A stretch of DNA of 64,000 nucleotides from Tubiluchus corallicola (Eukaryota > Animalia > Priapulida), in assembly GCA_030141605.1 (NCBI GenBank), contig JAQGDQ010000033.1:988219-1052218 (forward strand). Direction: 5' to 3'. The first letter of the stretch is position 1. Every line of letters starts with the position of its first letter. Positions 12,791 to 27,500 of the stretch are shown here, one piece after another. A program made the position numbers and the translations under genes. Under the pieces are notes generated by a model. The model was not told where the DNA came from, did no database searches, and was given only the letters and a program-made list of their open reading frames with translations.

Positions 12791-13038
12791 AGCTTCGCAT
12801 CAGCAGACGATATTGAGTAGCAACAAAACCTGCAGTTCTGCTATCTCCTGTTTTAAGCTACAGTTTTGCCAATTTGATTGTGACAGTGGTAACATTATGT
12901 GATGGAAGGTGAGGTAGCAAAATAATTGCTATAAAAGTTACAGCATTTTTGTTATGCTGGACATTAATTTATGCTGTTTTTTATGTGACATTTGTTACTT
13001 GGAAGTAGTTAGTAATTGAAATTTTCCATCTTTCATAC

Positions 13039-13656
13039 TATAGGTTTTACACGTCAAATGTAGACACAGGAAAGTTCAAATGTGACACATTTGAACTACC
13101 TAAGTCTACATTTGAGTTACCAAAACACATTTGAATTATCGTATATACTTATGTACAAATCAAATTTTTGGGAGGCGATTTTAAGGTGAAATTTTTGTAA
13201 GTAAGGTTATACTTACGATATGTTTTTGGGAGATGTCGCTAAAGAGTCGTCTACAATACGAATATGTAAAGAAATGATCCTTCATTATACGCTGGACTGA
13301 ATGAATACTCATACTTTGATACTTCACATCAGAGAATGTTCTCATCTTGGCATTACTTCACAAAATTAACAAATATTACTGTAATTTACTTTAATGTATG
13401 TGAAATTAAGTTAAAATTTATATATTACCGGTAAATAAACTAGCAACGGAGCACTCGATCAGAACATGGAAATCGCCATTGATGTTACTGAATAAAACTG
13501 CGACGTTTCAGGTATGGGTTTTTAGTTTTAAGTGAGAAATCAGCGACTGAAATGTTACGACGGATCCTGGCCGCGATATCCTAGAGTTAAAGGCATTACA
13601 AACAATTATGTGCGATGAAAGGTCAGATTGTATTATCATGGATTGCATTGAGGGCA

Positions 13657-13692
<36 letters not shown>

Positions 13693-13971
13693 CGGTAGGT
13701 ATAATATACTCGGCCAGGCACTTGCATGTATCTTACACACTAACACAATAGGTTATTGATTTATTACTCGACCATTGTTGACATCATTCACTCTGGAAGA
13801 TCTTAATATTTTAAGGTCGACTTGTACACAGGTAATATATATCATGATGCGATTTTTGGTCTTAAAATGCACATCGACTTATACATAAGGTTGACTCGTA
13901 CACACGTATATACGGTACCTAAATCTATGTTTGAGTTAACGTAGGTCTACATTTGACATGTAAAACCTATA
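13039..13971. mobile_element. Non-autonomous DNA transposon with ~27-bp TIRs and nested fragments
   Basis: TATAGGTTTTACACGTCAAATGTAGAC (13039-13065) versus the reverse complement of 13945-13971, 26/27 identical. Interior holds (TA)n and a Tigger/pogo-like end (TCGACTTATAC..TATATACGGTA, ~13875-13917). Confidence 0.7.
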
Positions 13972-15038
13972 TATAAATAAATTTTTGCACATAGCACCAT
14001 TTTTTTCTTTTTGGTTTTGTGTAGAATTTGAAAGTGATATTGCCAGAGCATTTTATGAAACTTTGGAAGTATTAATGCTACTGTTACTATTCAAAATGAA
14101 GGTATGTGCTAAGAAAGCTAAGCAAGTGGTTTAGGGACATCTATAATTATAGGATCCTTCTATGAGATATAGGGAGTAAATATATTTTTTTTGTAAATAA
14201 TAACATAATCAACCTAAATCTGGTTTTTCAACTATTAAATAATAATAAAAGCAAATATTTTTGTTAACAATAAAATGATCTATTTAATTTTGCAGATACT
14301 GTTTAGTTTCAACTTCAAGGTTTACACACAAAAAAATTATACCACTGACATGTAATACATTTTGCGTTGATAAAATCTATACTATAGTGAAGAAAGTTCT
14401 GGCATGTACAGGATTCATGAATAAAATGCGATGTTGGCTTATTAATGGCTGTTCTTAATTCTATATGCTATGGAAGTCTCAAACTGAAGATGCTTTGACA
14501 ATTCATCCACATTTTTGGACAAATACACAAAATATTAGAATGTTCATCAGTTATTTGGGATGTCTTATAATCAATAAGACAGATGATTTTTCTTCTGAAT
14601 ATCAATATGGATGTCTTTGTCTTGACTGTTTCATTTGCTTGATGATTACCAATTGTAAATAAATTTTTCAATTGTTAGTTACAGACTGAAGTTTGAGGTT
14701 TGAAACACAACGTTTATGTTATTATGGCTATTTTCAATCAGTGAGTACCGCCAAATAGTATATGAGTCTTATTATCAGTTATTATCATTGCAGCAATGGT
14801 CCTCCTGCTGAATGCTGGCTGCCATCTTACACGTACCAAATTTTATAAAAATAACGTTAACGGCAAATTACATTAAGTCCATTTTCATGGTAAAAATTGA
14901 TTTTGTCTTGGCATGAAAAGACTAGCACACAACAATGATCACAGATGAAAAGCAATGCTGAATAAAAGCTCGATTTATCTACACTATCTAATACATTTGT
15001 ACCAGCACACTCAATGTCTCTTTCTTTTTTCAGGATAA

Positions 15039-18000
15039 TTATGTTATCACTTTTTTTATTCTGTTCAACTGCATTATGCTAGGAGACTCTGGGCACAGAA
15101 GCAGGGCTCCTTCGAGAATTTCTCTGATTTGTTCATTTAGAGGCTCCTCTTCGTGATGTACAACTATCCATGTATCACCTGCAAAATCATTGATTCGTTT
15201 TCACATTATATTATCATCAAAGGAGAACCAAGATATTGAATCTGTACTTCATATTAACATATACCTAAACTGAAGTGAAACGATGTGTATATTCTTTGTA
15301 AAATTGATAAAAAAATGTGGGTTGGTGGTTAAACAATTAACATTCATTAATATTAACATAAAAATTATAAATTGCAATAATTGAGTGTAAGAAATTATAT
15401 TTACACACTTTGCACATTTGAAATTTGTGAGTAAAGTAATAACAAATATGGTTGAACTTAGAAAATGTGAAGTTAACTGGTGTGAATTTATATAATATGG
15501 GTGAGCAGCGACGAATAACTGAGTGGTCACTGTGTGTGCTTGGTTATAAAGTTAGGTAACAGCAATCCTGGATATGAGCTATACAGTATACGTAGATATA
15601 CATCATGATTTTAGCATAGCTAAGACAATGCCAGTTAGCAGAGAATTGAATTGTACAAAACAGAAATTTTATTCTCAGACTATACAAAATTACGATGTAT
15701 AAAGATAAGCATTATGTCTATCAAGTAACTTTTCTAACAACAACCACAGCAATACTTATTCTTTGAAAATTTGGTAAATAGGTCATCAAAATCTGTTAAT
15801 CGTGGTTGAGTAATTGAGATACTCTAACCATCTATGTGACTGTTTCATATCTGTCTAGGACTGTAACTTTTCTTAAAAATCATTTTTATGAAAAGTGTAT
15901 AAAGAAGAAGTAAAAACAATTCCCTAATTTTAATTACTTGCCTGCTTTGATATAATTGCCAACAGAGGCCTGTAGTTTTATCCCTACCGCCTTGTTGATT
16001 TCTTCATCTGGTTTTGTGCGTCCAGCTCCCAAAATGAGGCAAGCCTGTGCCACAGCCATAGCATCTGTACCATGTATATAACCTGTGCACATAAGATCTT
16101 TCAGCATTACACATGCACTGATTTAACTTGTCCACCCTTGCTAGAAATATTTTATCAAGCTTCTCTTTCAGCAGGTGGTGCTAAATAATATGCCGATAAT
16201 GTTATGGTAAATGGAATAATTTTACTCTGGTGCTTTTAACTTTTTTTAAATTTGATGTATTATTTAATTATTTATTACTTATTATTTATTAATTATTTAT
16301 TAATTACTTAATTATTTTCTGTATGGTTATATTTTGTTTACTTGATCATTATACGTAGAATACTGATTACCTGATTGAGTAGATTTTAAATCAGTAGTGA
16401 AATTGGCTTCACGGAATATTTTTGCAAAATTGGCATCTTTGTCACATAGCTTTCTAGCAGTTTGTTTTGTTACCTGAAAATGATTTAATTTCATTATGTA
16501 TTTTATGAAAGTGGAAACAAACCACTAGTTATTGCTCTATAATAGACTGATATCATTGGCTGTAACTTACGGCCTATGATATCGGTTTCTCTCAATTTCT
16601 GTCGTAAACTGATTGACTGGCTAATTGACTAGCTGACTAACTCAGCTTAACTAGTTATTTTAATCCTAAATGTAGTAGCTGTTGTAATAACTCTTTATAT
16701 CTCCAGATAAGAGTTTCCAAGTCCGAAAAAATATCCATGAAGGTGTTAACAAGTATCAATAGCTTATAGAATACTCACATAAGATAGTGGCATGTAGGAC
16801 ATGTACAATCTATGGAGCACGCATTGATCTGCGTTTGCCTAAAACATATACTGCTCCAAAATATACAATGTAATAAGGTAGACTTTGTGATTTATTTTCT
16901 CCGCGTTTGAGGTCGTTAAAAACTCTGCCATAAACACTGATAACAGAATACAACCCAACACTTATTAGCACTACATTGGGCGTACTTATTACCTGTTACT
17001 TGGAAACGTGTCGCTCCAAGAAAGGAATAACTTTCCTTGCAATTTTAGTACTTTGTAGAGTATTTCATAGTTTGAATCTTACGAATATTGTAATAAACTT
17101 ACTCCTTGTTGTACACACATTTCCTCAAACTTTTTCAATGCGGAGCCATCTTTGAGTGATTTGGCAATTGCCTTGCGACCTTCTTCTGTAGAGGAAAATT
17201 TTCCAGCTAGGTGTAGCAACTCGCCACCTACAGTAAAAAGTTTCATTAGAAAAAGTGACTTGGTGGAATAATATTTCATTTTTTATTTATATTTTAATGC
17301 AGTAAAGAAATGTACAGCATCTGTATCAAGCTGCTCGTGCTCTAACTTTACCTTGAAATGCGCATACACGTTATGCAATATCACACTGTACACAATCTGC
17401 AGGCGAAATAAAATTTTCTAAACATACTTCATTTTTCTGAGTAAACAAGTTGATGTTTTTTTATTGTAAGGCTGACGGTGCACTAGCCTATAATTATAAT
17501 GTTTCCATTTTTTGTCAATATAGACGTCATGTCTTGCATAATACATTATTACTAGCACTGTTTACAATGTGGGTGTCACCATCTACTAATTTATTATTGA
17601 ACTAAAAGAAGCTAGTTTACCTTTAAATAGTGATGTGTTAGCGGAAGCCTAATCAGCATGTATAATAAGCAGTTGCTAAATGTTTGTAATTGGCTATAAC
17701 AGGCAAGATGTAATTTTTCTGTTTTAATATGTATACGAGTTTATGAATTTTTTTTTATAAATTAATCCATATCCAACCCGCAATGAATAGTACAAGAGTG
17801 CCAATCAGTTACTGTCAATACAGCAAAGATAGTAGTAATTGTTAACTCGGCACATTAAGAAATCCTCATTACTTATTCTCATTTTACCTGTATTAACTAA
17901 CACGACCGCTTGATCTGTGTTTACGGATGTGGGTCTTAATCATTTAATTATAACTAAAACATCAACTCTGCATGTCCTTTAATAGTAGCCATACTACTAT

Positions 18001-19732
18001 CATACTGATAAACTTATAACACTATTACTACTACAGTTTTCATGCTACTACTTTTATACCGACCGCCCCAAACAAGGGCAGTGGCTGTTCAAAATGATGG
18101 GGATACAATTAAAAGGTAAGAATTTGAAATGTGTTAGTGACGGCAAGTATTTTGTTGATGTTCTTCTTTAAGCACATGAGGTTACAATAAGCACAGAAAC
18201 TGTCTGATAAAGAATTCCATAGATACCAAACGAAAAAATGGCTAAAGATACTCCTGTCCTTATAGGAATGTCCAAAGTAAAATTAGGAGAAACAGAAACA
18301 AAACGAATACTTAGGACAAAGTCCCTACATAATCTACTAAAGCTTATGCAGTGTTTCTTTGTTGAATAATTGATATATTTATTGTAAATAATGCAGTTTT
18401 GATAGTAAATTTATGATAGTACCCAGGTTGACCACCAGGTCTTCCAGGTCGACCGGACCTTGTCCCTGTAAGCATTGTATTGATTCAATAACTTCCAGTG
18501 AATGTCCAACATTGTTGCCTATGGGCCAGTTCATGTCTGTTATGAGAGCAGCCGTTTTTATGCCCAAACTTTTGCTTGCTTCAACCTGTCACACACGTAA
18601 TTAAAAATCTGAGAACGTCAGAAAAGCAATCTGCCAATTACAATCTGGTATATTCGACCACCAAAGATTGAACGAACTTGCAATTATTAAATTCCCTGTA
18701 AGGATTGTATTAGGACCTATCGTGATCACTGATATATAGTATAGTCTAGCGATCATGACGTTCATCTTGTAAGCAAAATATCCCTGGTTCAAATCCAGGC
18801 TCTGTTCCGTTTTTTTTTTCACGTTTTCTCTCTTTTTGAAAAATGTTTGAGAATTTAATAATTGTGGGTTCATTTAATCGTTAATAATTACTTTGAAATT
18901 AAGAAGTTGATTATTACTTAATTCGACCACAAAATTACTCATTTAAAACGTTTCCATGTTAAATTTCACAATTACTTCTCATTAATTTGTTCAGTCCGCA
19001 TATTTTATTTTATTATTACTCATATACTTTTTAGCATGATATTATTTCTTGAAACAGGTTTTAAACGAGTAAAAGGTGCGAGTGATCACTTTCAGGTGCG
19101 AATAGGGCAAAAATGTGGACTAATGTGACACACGACGCCATGACCAGCTGAAGGTTACTCTGTCTTTTGATCTTTAGCAGTTGTGCATACATAGTTGTAA
19201 AATCTATTGAGTGAAGATCTAATTGGAGCACGGATTTCTACCCGCTCGTTTTGGACAATTGTGCTGGAATCCATGTCTATGTTCTAGCTATGCTACGCCG
19301 TGACTTTTGACGTATTACTAAAAATTCTTTAATCCCTCTGCTCGATATGGGGCCACAACGTTTGGTGGAACGTGGAGCCTAGCTTTGCGTATTGCATGAT
19401 AATTAAATGGCATTTTCATTGAAGAAAAAATTTTGACAGGACACCAACAACCAAAAAATATTGGATTAGCGAGTATTACTGGCCTTTGGTACACTAGGTC
19501 TTGTGATACATCAAATGAAAGCTCGCGGTGTGGCTAGTCGAACTGTGTCATTTATTAACGTCATTTGAAAGGCCTGAACACCGGCAACAAAAAGTACAGT
19601 ACATTTGTCATTGGTACTAGGCTATTACCTTAGAACGCAAATTGTTTGTGGTGTGTTAGCAGCAGTTGCCAAAATGTCAAATAATAATATGAGATTGTCA
19701 AAGGCAGTAATATGAGTTCTTGCACTTCGTTA

Positions 19733-19789
<57 letters not shown>

Positions 19790-21529
19790 ATTTCTAGGAA
19801 TCAGAATACTTACCATCCAGGGTATAATTCGATTATCATTTGCTTGTAACACTTATTAGTCTGACACTACGAATTTGACAGTGCTAGCGGGGAATTATAA
19901 AAGCAGTTATTATTGTGCACTAAGTGTACACGGCACTTGAAGTTGCCGGTCAGTTACAACATGATAATCAAGCTTGCTATAGTGGATGCTATATCATGTT
20001 CCATATACGCCAAACCACTGTTTAAATTGTTTTAGAACTGAGTCAGCTTGTAACTGTTAAGGTCTGCATGAGCTCTGTTACTTATAATTCATCTACCTAT
20101 TAGATAAACAGCCTACATTAGGATACACTACGATTCAGGTAACCTAGTTTTGTTATACAGGTATATGTTTACCCAAGGTTTTTCTTCTCTTCCTATAATA
20201 TTCAACTCTATTATCTGTGCAAATATATATGTAGCGTTTTTATTTTAACATTAAAATAACGTAAAATCTGTTAATTTACAATTTGCAAATGAAAGCATGT
20301 ATTAATTACAACTACTTTCGGAAACTTCGTATGTAAAAAAGAATATATAAGCAACTGTCAATAACATCTTATCTCACATTAAAATAGTGTGCTATATAAA
20401 AATCATATATTGCGAACTCATAATATAACAATGAAGGGTAGAGTAAATAATTACCATTGTTATAGCCAAATTTGTTGCTTCCTCTTCTTTCTTCATAAAT
20501 GCGCCTTTACCAAATTTACAATCAAGAATTAAAGCAGCTGGTGATTCCGCTGCTTTCTTCGAAATAATTGACGCTAGAATTAAAATACTTAATTTTGTCA
20601 AAAATGCAGATTTTAAGCTATAGATTAAATATTTATTAATGGATGTGTACAGTCTTCTGTGCATAGTTTTCTGTTTTAAAAAACCTATTAACGCTACACG
20701 TAATAACAGTAATTATAGTGGTCTGCGTCAAATACAGATTGTAGACAACAATGCGTATAGTTTTTTGCACACAAGACCATGGGCGCACTGAAGTTGAGTT
20801 ACTACAGGCCTAGTTATGTAATTACTATATTTTTTATAGATTCTTGTATAAAAGTGTAATTGTTTTCTTGAAGTAACACTCTCAACATTTACTGTGATGA
20901 ATATGTTAAGACTTCAAAATTTTGTCAACATGCAGATAGTGAATTTTTATCTCACATGGTCTTTTTTACAAAAGCTCTTCAGCAATAAAAAACCAATCTG
21001 AAAATAGTTGAGCTATCTCAGTTCCATTTAACGTAACGTGATGCGTTGGTTGCACAAAGTTTTATTAAAACCTTTTTTTGACGCTTGACTTGTGATTCGT
21101 AAAACACATAAGCACAATACAAAAATAACGATTGTAGATAGAGGTTTTTTTTTAAATTCACTGAACTATTAGGGAATATCTTCAAAAATTGTTTATAGAC
21201 TATATAGTCGCCTACACTTATTACTGTAATTACTAGTATTCTGAAGTATTCTATATATAGTGACCGCACAAAATTTAATAATTATATGTACTGTACAAGG
21301 AAGTCGGGGAAATATGAATCACAGGGAAACTTTACCCTCTAATTTTACGTAAACATTATGTAATTTCACCAGTATTTCAGAAAGTTTCTTGCAACAACTG
21401 TTTCATGATATGCATATATAATCTTAGTCTCTTAATATGTTATCGAATAAACACTTACTTCCTTAAGCACAAAAACAGAAAAACACACGAATATACACAA
21501 AACTTTTTAAAGCTAGCCTCATTTTTAGT

Positions 21530-21575
<46 letters not shown>

Positions 21576-24500
21576 ATGTAGTTTATTTTTAAAAGCGCAC
21601 TCAATTTCACGATAAAATTAAAGGAGATAAAAATTACACAATCAATCGCAATAAAAATAATTATGCGGTTCAGTTACAATTTGAAAGAAATAGCTACGTA
21701 TAAACTGATAAACCTGAATAAAAATTCACAGTTACAGTTTACAGTAAAACAATTTACGCCATACGTACTGTTAAAAGACTGCTATTTCTCATCGAGGGAA
21801 CATGTATGTTATTCCGAAGTGCCAAGACACTGTTGTCATTTCAGTGTTATTTTAGAGGAATATTCTCGGTTTCATACGAGTAACAATACTTTCTGATTTC
21901 GCTATTTAACAAAATAGTATACTAATCGTTGAGTGCTGGATTTCGGCTTGCAGTATGCCTCAAGTCGCAGTGTTTCAATTTACCCCGACTTCCCCTATAA
22001 TTATTATGTATAACTTCATGCTTTTAACCAGCGCATGCTTACACATATAGCGTTTGCAAAACTGTATAATTACATCAACTGCAAAAAATTAGATGCACAG
22101 CAACTTAATAATTATATACATGCAATAAGAGGCAAGCTTTCTGTTGTTCCGGTGACGTCTCGTCTGGAATACAACACTTGATCAGCTGATGCAATTGTGC
22201 TACTTTGGCCGGTCATGCATATGCCTACACGTTCTACCAATGTCCTGAAGCACACAACAAATTTACATTATCTAGCATAAGCCGTATGTAAAACTCTCAC
22301 CAGCATAAAAAACGATTCAACAGTAATTACTGGAGATACGTTAAGTTTAGTTAATATTAAGAAAAATATTTTTTGCCAACTACCAAAACTTTCATCGTCC
22401 CACATTATATGTTTCTGACCAGCGAATGTATGTTAATAATGTTATGACTGTTGAACTGATGCCACGTTGATTGCTTTCTGCTTTACGCTGCTCAGAAAAA
22501 TCTTGTAGATTTAATGAGCGCACCGAGTTCTTTTGCGAATGGGTTGGAATTTTTATTAATCACTTTGGCTTTCTTGTCGTTAATGCTTGTGTAGCATGTT
22601 GCCTCTATAGTAATGGCACTAATGGATAGCTAGATTACGCTAGCCTAATTATTTTATTTTTTGCGCACTAGCCAGACCCAGCCCAGAAGTTAGCATTCAG
22701 CAGCGTAACTATGATTCTGACACGCAAGCTCATTCATTGGCCCCTATTGTTGAAAGTTAAAATTTTGCGACCTACGGATACACTACGATTTTTAAAATTA
22801 GTTGTAAAACTGTCACAACATACTTTAACATGATAAACATAAACAGACAAATGCCTACTCATTACTTTGGTGGCCTTGGCAGCTCTTCGCGTTAAGACAG
22901 GGCTTATACGTGAGCCCCCCCCCTGCAACTGCAGGGCCTGTGGAGGTGTAGTTACGCCACTGTTAGCAAGTAATAATGAAAAGTTAACCCACTCCAACTA
23001 TGACTCTGAAGAGGAAAAAGCAACTGTTTAAATTCAAGTACAAGTTGCCAATAACCGTTAAAGGCCACGACTACAGCACTACAACATTTTGTTCATTATT
23101 ATCTCGCGGCGTACATTGTCTCAAACACTGCACCGCTTGGTTTGTAGTTTTCAAAATCCTTTGAAACAAAATCTCATTTTAAGACAAAATGGTCAAACTT
23201 AAAGTAAGAGAAAGCCTGAAAGTAAATTTTGCTGGCCATGAGTGTACTAATGAAACAATTTAGGCTGGAGATGCAAAAATTATCTGTAAAGTGTAAAAAA
23301 GAAGAGAAAAAACAGGGCGACTTCCTAGTCGGCACAATTTTTGACTGCAGTATGTTAATTCTGTTTCCGGAAATGCGTAGGTTTTGTCACTCAATTTGTT
23401 CGTTATACTGAGATTACTCTGAGCTTGTTATTTTCAGAAACGAATTTGTCAACGACTCGCAAAAACGAGAAGTTTTCTTGCGGAATGTTAATTACTGAAT
23501 CCTAATAACTAACACTCCTAGAAGCATCAAAAATGCGATTTTAATGAAAAACCAGTGCACTTAATCATGAATTCACTGAGAGCTAAAAATACGTGCATAA
23601 ATATAAAATTTCTTGCGCGCGTTGAGGTAAACATATCTTTATTTGTGACACGCAATCTTTAACCAATTTTATGTACATCATTTGAGTCGAAAAATTTCCC
23701 TTAAGTTAAGATAGACCAGCCTGGTAACCGATCACAAGTCTGGTAAAGTGAACGAACTATAACCGAATGTTGCTACTGCCTTTCGAGTTTAAAGTTTTAA
23801 AAAATGCTTTCATAAAATTAATAAATTTTTCGACAAATCTATAACCTCTTCTCTAAATATAAGTCTATCCGGTTGACTCGTTTATAAAGTAGTTATTCGA
23901 CAGTTAAACAGTTTAATGTACAGAATCAACAATCCTAAGAAGGGACATTTGGAGAAGTGGGTCGAACTGGAACAAGATGTCATAATGCAAACGTGCTTTA
24001 GGCGGCCTTCAAGGGTAATTTCTAGGGTATACCAGTTTTTTGTGCTTATTAAATCAACGAGATCTCAAAACTTGAAAAGCATTGTTTTTCCGTTTATAAA
24101 TGATTACTTCTTCATAACTTAAATATCAGCTTAGAAGTTGATAGCCCAAAACTGTGATCTTACTAAAAAGAAAACTTGGTGTTCAAAATGGAGAGTATTA
24201 ACGAGTGTTAAAACCCTTTATTAACTTTATACTTATGTAAAGCCGTTTGATTTATTTTGCTTGGCAATCCTGAACTTGAATTGGGGAACTGTGTTAAGAA
24301 CCAAGACGGGAAGAGTGGTCGAAATGGGAAAAGAGGGTTACGTCCATTAGGAAAAAGACAACGGACTGTGCAAGGCAGCTGACAGAGCAAGAGACCAACG
24401 AGTATTTTAATACAACTCAATTTCAAACTTTAATGTTGACATCAGTGATTGGATTCCGAGACTTACAAAATGATTAAACGAATAAAGTGTATGTATTCAA

Positions 24501-27500
24501 TGTATGTAATGGCCAGTGGAGTAATAGTATTAATATGATAATTATTATTTTTAAGATATATGCTGCTGCAAACAAACACGAACAGTTACAATAATGCTAA
24601 TTAGCATGTTAATTAGCTCAACAAACATTCAGGCCTACATGTTATTAATGGTGTTGACGCAACAGTTCCTGTGACGTCACGGCGGGCGTAAAGAACTTTA
24701 TCGGCTGGACACACATCTTTAGTCTGTCCAACAATACAGCAGCCTATTTCTTCAAGTGCTTTTCTGAAAGTGCATCGATTAATCGATTTATAATGATAAA
24801 AGAAGTTTAGGCTCCATACTTTGGATAAATTCTTAATGCTTGCATCCGAAAAATTTTTAAGGTCTTATCAAATATAACTCTGATCATTTAATGCAGTGAA
24901 TATATAGCTAGATTTATAATGTCAGGCTTCAGATCACGTGATAACATTGCAGAATTCACCAATGGACTTTGATAACTTTACTTATCAAAGCGTTCACAAA
25001 TTATTATTTGATAACTTATATCGCCCATATAAGTTTAAGGATTAGGTAATAACGTATCTTGCCCAGCTGACGTCAATAACACCAGCTAGTAAATCAAACA
25101 TTAGGAAGGATTAAATTCTAGCAATTCATAGGTTAATTACTTCTGTAATACGCAATTGACGATACCAACCGTTAGTGTGCCATTATCGTCAGTTGGTTAC
25201 AGCTGCATTGTCATCTTCTGTTTCTTGCATGCTGTTTGATTCTAAAATTGTTCTCCTTGTATTATATTCATCTTGTTTTTCTCATTAAGCTAAAGAACTG
25301 TTTTTAAAATAAACTTTTATCAACAAGCAGCTTGGACTTTACATTATATTTGGGCGAATCTGCGTTGCATATTTGGGTTGCATAATAAGATCTTGCAAAA
25401 ACAACACTCAGCGTACTTGATTTCACTGGTTGAGAAAGCTGTTGTAAATCCGGGAATTGATTCCAGCTTATCCAACGTGCCACCAGTGTGTCCCAAGCTT
25501 CGTCCTGAGATCATAGGCACCTTCATTCCACATGCAGCCAGTGCTGGGGCCAGTGGTAAGCTTACTTTATCTCCAACTCCCCCGGTACTGTAAAAATATT
25601 TAATGCGAAAAAATGACCAGAAACTCAGTTTATACCTTTAACTGTGGGTACTCGCTTTAATCTTGATAGCGAGTAATGTTACTATGTTAGGCAACGGAAA
25701 CCTGACTAGTTAATATAAGGCCGATGCTCATCTGTGAGTACAGGCCCTCATAGAGGAATATGCGGATACCAGAAGACTGATTAAGTGATCATCTCCCCAC
25801 TATTTCCCAAATCTTCCTTTCCTTTCATCAATCTGTCTACCTGCCTGTCACGCACTCAGTCACGATTACCTGTGTTTATCTACGACAAGGTGCTGCCATT
25901 CGTTTGGCCAGGTAAGAACTTCTCCCGAATTCATCATCGACCACGTCAAGGCAGAGATCTCGTTCTTGGTCATGTCTTTTATAAAAATGGCCATCAGCAT
26001 GGCACCTAAACGTAGAACATTAACATGTATTAACATAAAATGTAAGTCATGTAATTTAAATTATTTTGAACTGATTTGGCCTGATTTAACTAGTTCGGTC
26101 TATTCTGCTGTGATCTGATCAGAGTTAGCCAAGATGTTCTCGATTGCTGTGTTAACCAAGCACGACATTTTCATGTAGGTACCTAGGAAGAGCGCGTTAA
26201 TTCGAATTTTTTTGTACAAAGTATAAGTACAATTTTTATTTATCGAATTTCAGGGTTGGGGGGGGGGGGTAAAAAATCCCTTGATTTCGCAAGAATAATA
26301 TTTCGCTGTTTTATGAAATTCTGAACAGCTACCAGATTATTATTTTTAATGCAGCACATTGCAATAGATATTTAAGATCAAAACGTTTGTCTGAAATTTT
26401 GTTGTTTATCATTGCAAAGCTACTGGCATCTTTCCAAAACGCAACAAGCGTAAGCGTACATAGATTTGTATTACACGTAATACAAAAATTGACTATGAGT
26501 TCTCACCTAATAATCGACTTCTCAGTAGTGGGGGATGGGACGCTATTAGTAGCATAACAGGAACCGAGTGAACTTACGTATTTATGCTTCGCGGAAACGA
26601 ATATGAATGAAAGTAGTGATAAGACAAGTATAGTTAAACAGGAAATTTTGTAGCTACAGTATGTTTATAGTATCCATTATAGGCCTACTATTTAGTACGG
26701 AAAAATAATTATAAACACTATGTGGTGTTGTCGTGACCTTTTACAAATGTAAAGTAACTGTGACACAATTTAGATTCACGTGTATGCAGTAATACCAAAA
26801 GGTTGAATGACTACGTAACAAATGTCAGTTTAAGCCATGACTGGCTAAACTAACATAGGGTAAGGAATGTATCATTACCCTATTTCGGTTTAATTTCACT
26901 GTTTTTGCATATATACGTAGGTGTTGAAACCAGACATGTTTTTATAAGATAATTATTGGCGCACAAGCCCAATAAAAACGTCCTGAATATATCATGTTAT
27001 TTTAGGACAACAGCCAAGCTGGCATTTAGGCCAACAGAAAGCTAAAATTTGGCATTTAGCCAAACTATGGCTATGTGAGTGTTTCCAGATTTTTTCTAGG
27101 TCACGTAAACCTCCGGACCGAGCGGAATATAGTCTAATGTAGTAGGCTTACTGGCTGCTTCCTAAATTCTTTAGAAAAGCAGCAAAAGTTTCAGACGTAA
27201 GTGTACACATTCGTTTTGATTTTTGTACGCAGACTTACAAAACGTTCAGAACCAACGCTTTTCATTCAAACATACAGGCCTAGTTTTCCAGCGTTACTAT
27301 AAATCTTCGAAAGTTTGTGTTCTATTCGTAGAATTATCAACCCTAACTTGGCAAAATCAAATTATTAATTTTAATTGTACTGACAAGACAAAGTCTGCAG
27401 AACCAGGCCAATATTATCCTTGGGAAGATTTTTTGGTTGGCTACAGTTGTATATAAACGTCCCTTAGCGCGTCTCTCTGTACAACAGTTATGCCAAGGCC

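Noticed and set aside
11920-13590. TTAACTCTAG ... CTAGAGTTAA inverted pair (piggyBac-like) that would enclose a coding exon
   Set aside because: Only 10 nt match cleanly and the right end lies inside another TIR element; more likely two unrelated fragments.
14025-14101. Exon read as EFESDIARAFYETLEV...
   Set aside because: That frame needs a phase-1 donor, but the preceding exon (12368-12492) ends in phase 0; kept only as an alternative terminal exon in the other frame.
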